Source: Candidatus Marsarchaeota archaeon | GTDB lineage: Archaea; Micrarchaeota; Micrarchaeia; Micrarchaeales; CABMGC01 | NCBI GenBank assembly: GCA_023485825.1 | Contig: JAMCZF010000051.1 | Span: 1 to 33,841, forward strand | DNA length: 33,841 nt | Direction: 5' to 3' | In this document: piece after piece, positions 8,831 to 15,411 of the stretch | Layout of the letters: each line of letters begins with the position of its first letter | Numbering within the stretch: position 1 is the stretch's first letter | The notes under the pieces: generated by a model | What the model was told of the DNA's origin: nothing | Database searches by the model: none | Seen by the model: only the letters and a program-made list of their open reading frames with translations | Program-made: the position numbers and the translations under genes

Positions 8831-9838
8831 TCACTTGACTATCACTGCGCTGAACAGGTTTCCTATCACGAACGAGACGACGTAGAATATCGCAAGCGCA
8901 AGGATTATGTATATCGGCACATTCCTAAGGCCCCTTACCGCACCGTTGAACGTTATTGCAGACACTATAATTGCGCTCATGCCGCTTATGACTATTATGG
9001 CTATTATGGAGAAGATGTAATACTGGCCTGGCAATATGGTGGGCGGATGTGGCTTTAGGAACGAGATGGTGCTAGATTGCGAAAATGTGTTGAGCGCCCC
9101 CGGGCTGGTGGCAAGTATGCTGCCCCATATGCCATCAGTTATTGATATCATCTTATTCGTGAGGCCGTAGAGCACAGGAGCCCCCACAACAGACGCGAAT
9201 ACTATGAATATTGTATACATGAAGAGCTGGCCTGCAACCTCCTTGTGCATTGTGTTCTGCGACCTGAGGTCCTTTGCCAGCTGCGCAAGGATGTCTGACA
9301 TCCCTCCCCCGTAGCGCAGTGCCTCGACCATCATCCTTGTGGTTCTCTTAAGCTGAACGGACTTGTACCTGCCGGCCAGGGCGCTGAGTGCATTCTGCAT
9401 GGTCTCCCCTGCGTAGAGCTGCTTGCCCATGAGAAGCACATCGTCCCTGAAGTACTTGAACTCCGGCCTTGCGGCGCCTATCAGCGCCTTGTCGAGCGCG
9501 ATCCCGCTGCGTATGTTGGCGGAGGTAAGCTGCAGGTAATCCGGCAGTATGTCGTCTACGAATACCTTCCTCTTGTCTATCATGTATTCCAGTACGGCAT
9601 AAAGCACAACGCCGTACATCGCTGCAGCAGACAATCCGGCCACAGACGCGAGCGCGGTGACGCCGGTACCAAAGTACAATACCAACCCGAAGGACACAAG
9701 TACAAGTACGGCGAAGCTGCCTACTATCGCTATCCTTATGAATGCGTCGACGCTCATCTTGATTCCGGCAAGGTCGAGCTCGCTGGAGATGAAGCGCACC
9801 AGGTTCCTGGAGACAAGCCTTTCAAATACGACTGCCAT
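8831..9838 (-). CDS. T2SSF-family (TadC/FlaJ-like) pilus platform protein, locus 2
   Basis: 335 aa. There is a clear T2SSF-type soluble domain (LTSANIRSGIALDKAL...GETMQNALSALAGRY...EALRYGGGMSDILAQLAKDLR) between TM helices. Confidence 0.85.
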   Translation of the reverse strand: MAVVFERLVSRNLVRFISSELDLAGIKMSVDAFIRIAIVGSFAVLVLVSFGLVLYFGTGVTALASVAGLSAAAMYGVVLYAVLEYMIDKRKVFVDDILPDYLQLTSANIRSGIALDKALIGAARPEFKYFRDDVLLMGKQLYAGETMQNALSALAGRYKSVQLKRTTRMMVEALRYGGGMSDILAQLAKDLRSQNTMHKEVAGQLFMYTIFIVFASVVGAPVLYGLTNKMISITDGIWGSILATSPGALNTFSQSSTISFLKPHPPTILPGQYYIFSIIAIIVISGMSAIIVSAITFNGAVRGLRNVPIYIILALAIFYVVSFVIGNLFSAVIVK

Positions 9839-9844
9839 GTGCCA

Positions 9845-11239
9845 TCACTCCAAAGAGAACCCCGGCCTCACGAATAAGATGATATCAAGGAATATCAGCT
9901 GCAACCCGACAACGCCGACTATCACAAAGGCCAGGTCTGTAGGGCCTATGGTGAACAGGCTTATGAACGTGCTCATAATCGTGGCTATGGCAATGCCCAT
10001 GCTTGGGAATATGACCCCGAATATCATGTAGAACATTGCCAGGGCGTTGAGCCTCTGGCCGTACCTGCGGAGCTCGATTGTGCGCTCCTCCATTATCTCC
10101 TGCACCACATCCTGCAGAGAGCTTATTATGTCGGCGCCGACCTTTATGCTCACGCTTGCCTGGAGCATGAGCCTCTTGAAGGTACGGCTCTGGCTGCGCG
10201 CGCTTACATCTTCCATTGCCTGCTCTATCGGCATGCCGAGCTGTATCAGCGACACCACCTTGGCAAACTCCTTGCTGGCGGCCCCATAACCGGTGCTCAC
10301 GGCAGTCATCGCATTGAACAGCGGCATGCCTGACCTCATGCTTATCACAAGATCGCGTGTGGCGAACAGTATGTCGCGCTCTATCTCGCGGCCGAGCTTC
10401 CTTGCCCTCGCCATGGGGAAGGACAGGAACTGCGTGAAGGCCATGTTGTAGAAGGCGAACGCAAGCGCAGCCGCCAGCACCAGCACCGCAGCCATATTGA
10501 TGTGTACCTTGTAGAATAGGTAACCTGACACTGCTCCCAGCACAATGCCTATCATTATGGCATTGATCATCATCTTCTTTACGAAGACGTATGGCTCCTC
10601 CCTGACTCCGACGTCGCGCAGTGCCTCCTGAAGGCCCTTCTTGTTCACCACTATTCTGTTTATGTAATTGCTCCTCGCCCTCTTCCTCGAGGCGGCGACC
10701 GAACCCCCTGTGCCGGTGGTCTGCGGTATCCCCTGTGCGCCCTGCGCAGGATGCCTGACATTGGCCTGTGCAATGCCGGATCCCGGGGCGCCCGTTGCCG
10801 TAGGCGCATGCATTTTCACTGATGGAGGAGGAGGCGGCGTCGCCCTGCTGAAGAGTCCCTTCGCCTTCGTTGCCGGCGCGGCGCGTGCAGGTCCTGCAGC
10901 GGCGGGCCCGTGCGCCCGGTTCGGTGCACCTGCAATAGGCTGGGCTGCAGACTGCGCCGCAGGTTGCGCTGTGGTACCCCCTGCAACTCCGGCCTTGCCG
11001 TAGATAGGCCTCGACCTTATCTTGAAAAACAGGAATTTCTTTCTTTTTGTGAAACCTACAGGCGCCTTCGCGCTGTTTTTGTCGCTAGTGTCATTCTGCG
11101 GATCTGCCAAGCAAATCACAGTATTAAGGCAACATAATAGTATAATAAGCATTGCGTAACTACCCACGGCCAAGGCCCGTGAGGTTTGCATAAGTTGATG
11201 AAACATGTTGCACAGCGACAATCGGTTCAACAACCGCAT
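9845..11239 (-). CDS. T2SSF-family platform protein with a long Pro/Ala/Gly-rich N-terminal extension
   Basis: The C-terminal ~270 aa are T2SSF-like (FATRDLVISMRSGMPLFNAMTAV...GMPIEQAMEDVS...). The N-terminal ~190 aa are low complexity. The true start is uncertain; the AT-rich 11040-11160 stretch could be promoter rather than coding. Confidence 0.75.
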   Translation of the reverse strand: MRLLNRLSLCNMFHQLMQTSRALAVGSYAMLIILLCCLNTVICLADPQNDTSDKNSAKAPVGFTKRKKFLFFKIRSRPIYGKAGVAGGTTAQPAAQSAAQPIAGAPNRAHGPAAAGPARAAPATKAKGLFSRATPPPPPSVKMHAPTATGAPGSGIAQANVRHPAQGAQGIPQTTGTGGSVAASRKRARSNYINRIVVNKKGLQEALRDVGVREEPYVFVKKMMINAIMIGIVLGAVSGYLFYKVHINMAAVLVLAAALAFAFYNMAFTQFLSFPMARARKLGREIERDILFATRDLVISMRSGMPLFNAMTAVSTGYGAASKEFAKVVSLIQLGMPIEQAMEDVSARSQSRTFKRLMLQASVSIKVGADIISSLQDVVQEIMEERTIELRRYGQRLNALAMFYMIFGVIFPSMGIAIATIMSTFISLFTIGPTDLAFVIVGVVGLQLIFLDIILFVRPGFSLE

Positions 11240-11244
11240 CTGGA

Positions 11245-11663
11245 CGAATGGGCCCGCCTACTGGGGCTCCCCTATTGGAAATCTGGAGAGTATTATGGTT
11301 AGTGGCACTTCTCCGCTAAGAGGAAGGGCTCTGCCTATGGAACGCAGGCGAGACGCCCGACGAGAACAATGCCTCTGCAAGTAACATGCTGTAGTACATA
11401 AATCGCATTCCGCACGTGAACGCAAGCATTGCCGGTAAGGCGAGAAGTCCCAAACAACCTGCCGCGGCGGAAGCCCCGTCCTCAAGGGCGGGGTAGTCCA
11501 CTCAACATCTTGCATTTATGACATAAGGGGTTTCACCCCTTATGTCATGGAAATAGTCTATTTTTCTTCGCTTCCCTTCTGCTTCTCCTTTGTTGGCTTC
11601 CCGGGTTCTTTTATGCGGTTCCCTTTCATTCCCCAGGAGTGTGGTGCGGGGTTTCCCGCTCAC
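11245..11663 (-). mobile_element. IS200/IS605-type (tnpB element) relic / MITE-like non-coding insert
   Basis: The reverse strand of 11601-11663 matches 25148-25210 at about 46/52 positions (gtRagcgggaaaccccgcaccacac...). A perfect 14-bp-stem hairpin follows. The inner ~250 nt are GC-rich and stem-rich. The distal end ggggagccccagtagg resembles ggggaagcccacaggtt at the 3' end of the 25.6 kb relic. No convincing ORF is present. Confidence 0.45.
11518..11548. repeat. Perfect inverted repeat (14-bp stem, 3-nt loop)
   Basis: atgacataaggggt-ttc-accccttatgtcat, read directly from the sequence. Confidence 0.9.
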
Positions 11664-11667
11664 ATGG

Positions 11668-12261
11668 CTAATGTTTTTGGTGCGCAATGGCATGCTTTAG
11701 CTTGTCCTCCACCTCTGCGAGCCTTCGGGCCCTGATGTCTATGAGCTCACGGGGGCCGGACTGCTGCTTCCTTGACCTCACAACCCTTGCAAGGCTCCTT
11801 ACCTCGGTCTCCACTATCCTGAGCTTGTCCCTGTCGAATACGTTCTCGTCAAAGCCAAGGCTTATCTTCTCAAGCTCTGATATCTGGTCCTGCAGCGACA
11901 GGTTCACCAGCACTGGCCTGCCCGCGCGGCCCGCCGCCGCCTGCTCAATGCCCTCGATCATGTTTCCGACGGCATCCTCTGCGCCCTTGATTACGGAGTC
12001 GAGCTCGTGCTCCGCGCCGGCCAGGCCCTTTGAAAATCCTCCTGCGCCGTGCGTCTTCTTCAGGTCTGCATAGGCCTGCGGCTTCTGCACTACAGCCCAC
12101 CCTGAAAGGATCTTTATAGCGCGCTCATAGTCCATCTCGCCCCGAAGCATGGTCTCCGAGAACATCGAGTCGACATCAAGCTCCGCTCCCTGCACTCCGG
12201 GCCCCGAGGCCGATGCAAGGACCTTAACGGCCGTTTCATAATCAGCGTCAATCTCTGCCAT
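11668..12261 (-). CDS. Hypothetical protein (197 aa, acidic N-terminal half, helical/coiled C-terminal half) between the ATPase and platform genes
   Basis: A long ORF separated by 4 nt from the ATPase gene stop. I recognise no family. The C-terminus LSLQDQISELEKISLGFDENVFDRDKLRIVETEVRSLARVV looks coiled-coil-like. Confidence 0.6.
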   Translation of the reverse strand: MAEIDADYETAVKVLASASGPGVQGAELDVDSMFSETMLRGEMDYERAIKILSGWAVVQKPQAYADLKKTHGAGGFSKGLAGAEHELDSVIKGAEDAVGNMIEGIEQAAAGRAGRPVLVNLSLQDQISELEKISLGFDENVFDRDKLRIVETEVRSLARVVRSRKQQSGPRELIDIRARRLAEVEDKLKHAIAHQKH

Positions 12262-12265
12262 TGGA

Positions 12266-13780
12266 TCACGAGAACATGCTTTTTGAATAGGGCTTGTCGC
12301 CTTTGGCTATCTCAAACACCTCATCCTCGTCCTTGTAGTAATGCGCTACGATATTCCCGCACTCGTCGACGTCGAAGACCTTGTTCCTGACCATCCACTC
12401 GAGGATTACGCTCTTCTTCTCTATGTCCTCCTTTATCTCCGCCTGGGTAAACCCGCTGTACAGGGAGATGGTCTGCATGAGCCTGGACAGCTCCGCCCCG
12501 TCCGCAAACGTATCGCTCCTCATGTTCCAGCGCTTTACCACTGACACGTCGCCGTCGTTGGTGATCTCTCCGAACTCGAACAGGCGCCTTATCCCCAGCC
12601 GTCTGTGCCTGAAGAGCGAGGTTATGGCGCCTATGGCGCTCATAAGTATCTTCGGTATAGCTATCGGCGGGTTTGTCATCCTTATTATAGTATCGTGCGC
12701 GCTGTCTGCGTGCACCGTGCCGTATACGGCATGGCCCGTGTGTATGGCCTCGAACAGCGTCTCCGCGTCGCTCTTGACCCTTATCTCTCCGATGAGCATT
12801 ATGTCGGGCCTCTGCCTCAGCGCGTTTATCATGAGGTCATAGAGCGATATCGCCCCCTTTCCCTCGGGATTTGCCTGCCTCGTCTGCATCGGCAGCCACT
12901 GCAGGAAACCTGGAAGCGTAAGCTCCCGGGTCTCCTCCACTGATATTATGCGCCTGTTCGCTGGCATGAATATGCTCATGGCGTTGAGGAAGCTGGTCTT
13001 TCCGCTCGCCGTGCCGCCAGAGATGAGCATGCTTATCTCGTTCTGTATCGCAAGCCATATCATGCCAGCGATGTCGCCGGATATGGTCTTGTTGGCTATC
13101 ATGGCGGGCATGCTCCACGGGTTCTTCGCGAACTTTCTTATGGTGATTGTATTGCCATGCTGCGATATGGGGAACAGCGTTGCATTTACCCTGGAGCCGT
13201 CGGGCAGCTCCGCATCCATCATGGGCACCAGGTTGTTTATCTCGCGCCCGACGCGCCTGCCTATCTGCTCCGATATCTGGTATATGTTCTCCTCGCTGTT
13301 CAGCTTCACGTTGCTCTTGCACCAGCCATGGACCTTGTGGAATACCCAGACAGGCTCGGCTGCATTGTTCACCGCTATCTCCTCAAGGTTCTCGTCGTTG
13401 GATACCACCTCTATGTCGCCGAGGCCGAGAAGCATGTTGATAAGGTAGGCTATGAGCGTCTTCATCGACTCCTGGGACGTGCCCGGCAGATATCTCTCGA
13501 TTATCGGTATTGCCGCTGTCTCGTAGCTGGTCTCCAGCTCCGCTGCATACTTCTGGTCCGCAACGCGCGTCTGGTCTATCGGCACAAGTGAAAGGAGTTC
13601 GGGCCTTAGTGAAAGCAGAAGCACACGCGTGGCGTCCCCTATGCCGGGATATGTCACTTTGTACGCGGGCACATAGCCTCCCTCATTGGTTATCTCCACG
13701 CTGACCTTCAGGCCCTTCACGTCGAAGCTGTAGCTTTCCAGCGCGGTGCCGTGCCCCGTATCAGCCTTGTCGTCTTCCAT
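12266..13780 (-). CDS. Type II/IV secretion-family ATPase (FlaI/PilB-like), locus 2
   Basis: 504 aa. Walker A is GGTASGKTS, Asp box ISVEETRELTLPG, Walker B LRQRPDIMLIGEIRVKSDAETLFEA, His box GTVHADSA. Confidence 0.92.
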   Translation of the reverse strand: MEDDKADTGHGTALESYSFDVKGLKVSVEITNEGGYVPAYKVTYPGIGDATRVLLLSLRPELLSLVPIDQTRVADQKYAAELETSYETAAIPIIERYLPGTSQESMKTLIAYLINMLLGLGDIEVVSNDENLEEIAVNNAAEPVWVFHKVHGWCKSNVKLNSEENIYQISEQIGRRVGREINNLVPMMDAELPDGSRVNATLFPISQHGNTITIRKFAKNPWSMPAMIANKTISGDIAGMIWLAIQNEISMLISGGTASGKTSFLNAMSIFMPANRRIISVEETRELTLPGFLQWLPMQTRQANPEGKGAISLYDLMINALRQRPDIMLIGEIRVKSDAETLFEAIHTGHAVYGTVHADSAHDTIIRMTNPPIAIPKILMSAIGAITSLFRHRRLGIRRLFEFGEITNDGDVSVVKRWNMRSDTFADGAELSRLMQTISLYSGFTQAEIKEDIEKKSVILEWMVRNKVFDVDECGNIVAHYYKDEDEVFEIAKGDKPYSKSMFS

Positions 13781-13789
13781 AAATGCGCC

Positions 13790-15061
13790 CTAGTTCTTCT
13801 TCCCCGTGATGTCCTCTATTCTCTGGCCTGTCTCCTTGCCCGCGCCCTTCAGGCCCTTCACCCTCTTTGTTATGCTGCTTATCTTCTTCTCCGCGTCGCT
13901 TATGACCTTGCTGCTCTGCGTCATGTCTTTTATCTTGCCCTTTGGCATGCTGCCAATTGTCACGTTGAGCTCGGATATCTCCTTCTTGATGGCGTCCCTT
14001 TCTGCTGATATGGCGTCTATCGAGGATTTGAGGTTTTTCAGGTCCCTGTCCAGTTCCGCGAGCTTGCCGAGGCCGGCCTGCTCTTCGTTGACCCTTGCAA
14101 CCAATGCTGCCGATTTTTTCCCAGCAACTCCGTACAGACCGTCTATGGCCTTCTTCGCCTTCATTGCCTTGTCGAGGGCCGCGGCCCGCTCCTTTGCGGA
14201 TCTTGCGAGATTTGCTTCGAAATCGCGCCTGTATGCATTTGCCTGCTTCTTGTACTCCGCAAGGAAGTCCTGCGCGCTTTTTATAAAATCGTCGAGCTTC
14301 TTGCCGTCCTTCTTGATATTCTCGGAAAGCTGCAGCATGCCTTTTCTCTGTTCGCCGGCCTTTGACTCGAATTCCTGCAGAAGGCCGTTTGAGGAGTTTC
14401 GCAGCCCTTCCATCTGCCTGCGCATCTCGTTTATCATTAATTCCACGCTCTTTGCTGCGGCGTCCACGTCATCCGTCTTTAGGCTCTTGATATCTGCAGC
14501 CCCATAGCCCCGGTTCAGGTCCTCTATCAACTTGTCGACCTGCTGCCTGTAGCTGCTGACATTGTCGAAGTCCTTTGATGCCTGATCCTTGATGGTGCTG
14601 AGTTCGCCAAGGTACTTGTTCAGTTCCGCGGACTTGTCCCTGAAGCCTTTTTGCACATCCTGTATGTATTCCTTCAGCTTCTGTATCGTTGGCGTTAAAC
14701 TGTCCACCTCCCTTTCCTGGATGCTGAGCTGGTCCTTCATTATGGCGCTTTTCACGCTGACGAGGTTCCCCATCTCTGAAGCAGTCATCTTCTCGTAATG
14801 CACATCGGTTTCCTTCCCCTCCCCGCCCGGTTCGCCCAGCTCCACAGCAACGGTGGTGGGACTCACATACATCTTGCCCATCTTGTACACTATGCGCAGA
14901 AGCTTCGCGCGCTCCAGAACGAGCGACCACTCCTGCACTGTATTCTCGCTGACCTTTAGCGCAGACGCGAGCGCGGCGATGTCGGTTTCTCCCTTCTCCC
15001 CGATGTATTTTATCAAACCGTCTATGCCGGTTACAACGTCTTCCATCGCATCCCGTAGCAC
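13790..15061 (-). CDS. wHTH-like N-terminal domain fused to a ~350-aa coiled-coil protein (function unknown)
   Basis: The N-terminus IDGLIKYIGEKGETDIAALASALKVSENTVQEWSLVLERAKLLRIVYKMGKMYV is winged-helix-like. The rest is K/E/D/L-rich and heptad-like. It is the first gene of the minus-strand pilus operon. The start is GTG 15061 or ATG 15046. Confidence 0.7.
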   Translation of the reverse strand: MLRDAMEDVVTGIDGLIKYIGEKGETDIAALASALKVSENTVQEWSLVLERAKLLRIVYKMGKMYVSPTTVAVELGEPGGEGKETDVHYEKMTASEMGNLVSVKSAIMKDQLSIQEREVDSLTPTIQKLKEYIQDVQKGFRDKSAELNKYLGELSTIKDQASKDFDNVSSYRQQVDKLIEDLNRGYGAADIKSLKTDDVDAAAKSVELMINEMRRQMEGLRNSSNGLLQEFESKAGEQRKGMLQLSENIKKDGKKLDDFIKSAQDFLAEYKKQANAYRRDFEANLARSAKERAAALDKAMKAKKAIDGLYGVAGKKSAALVARVNEEQAGLGKLAELDRDLKNLKSSIDAISAERDAIKKEISELNVTIGSMPKGKIKDMTQSSKVISDAEKKISSITKRVKGLKGAGKETGQRIEDITGKKN

Positions 15062-15063
15062 TT

Positions 15064-15354
15064 CTAATTATCCATATGCATTATAAATAGGTTTGCGTGC
15101 GATTTTCGGGCATGTTGCTGCTCCCCGGTGTTTCTGCATGAAACCTGCGGTTCTCGCCCACGTGAGTCTTGCCGGATGTGCATCATGCGACCGCGCTTCT
15201 CGAGCCCAGGCACAAGGAGCAGCAACTGCGCTGTACTCTCGCTGACCTTTGGCGCAGGCGCGAGCGCGGCGATGTCGGTTTCTCCCTTCTCCCCGCATAC
15301 CTCACCAGTCAGATCCGTTCCGGCTGCAACGTCTTCCATCGCATTCCGTAGCAC
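15064..15354 (-). pseudogene. Decayed duplicate of the 5' end of the wHTH-coiled-coil gene
   Basis: Translation MLRNAMEDVAAGTDLTGEVCGEKGETDIAALAPAPKVSESTAQ parallels MLRDAMEDVVTGIDGLIKYIGEKGETDIAALASALKVSENTVQ of the intact gene. It then diverges and reads through the promoter of the real gene. Confidence 0.6.
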
Positions 15355-15373
15355 TTCTAATTATTCATATTCA

Positions 15374-15382
15374 TTATAAATA
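15374..15382 (+). promoter_or_regulatory. TATA box for the DNA ligase gene (near-palindromic, probably bidirectional)
   Basis: ttataaata is centred about 34 nt upstream of ATG 15412. Confidence 0.4.
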
Positions 15383-15411
15383 GATTTGCGTGGGATGTAG
15401 TATGTGCGTGC

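Larger units (their letters stand above)
14933..15392. repeat. Tandem duplication, period 293 bp (well-conserved cores 14933-15099 and 15226-15392)
   Basis: The cores align with few mismatches apart from a divergent ~36-nt patch. Weaker similarity extends back to ~14810/15103. Each copy carries the ttataaata box (15081-15089 and 15374-15382). Confidence 0.8.

Noticed and set aside
11250-11510. I considered whether the GC-rich, stem-rich ~260 nt could be RNase P RNA or SRP (7S) RNA. It contains fragments such as agaggaagggctc, ggtaagg and aaacaacctgccg.
   Set aside because: On neither strand could I find the conserved P4 halves (GAGGAAAGUCC... / ACAGAA..GGCUUA) with complementary partners, nor the SRP helix-8 motif (..GGCCCGGAAGGGAGCA..). 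The block is also flanked by an IS-end repeat, so an IS relic is the more economical reading. An Infernal scan would settle it.
11502-11735. Small ORFs (63 aa minus strand, 62 aa plus strand) lie across the IS-relic end and hairpin.
   Set aside because: They span a repeat and a hairpin, and the plus-strand one also overlaps the 3' end of the 197-aa gene. Their composition does not look coding.
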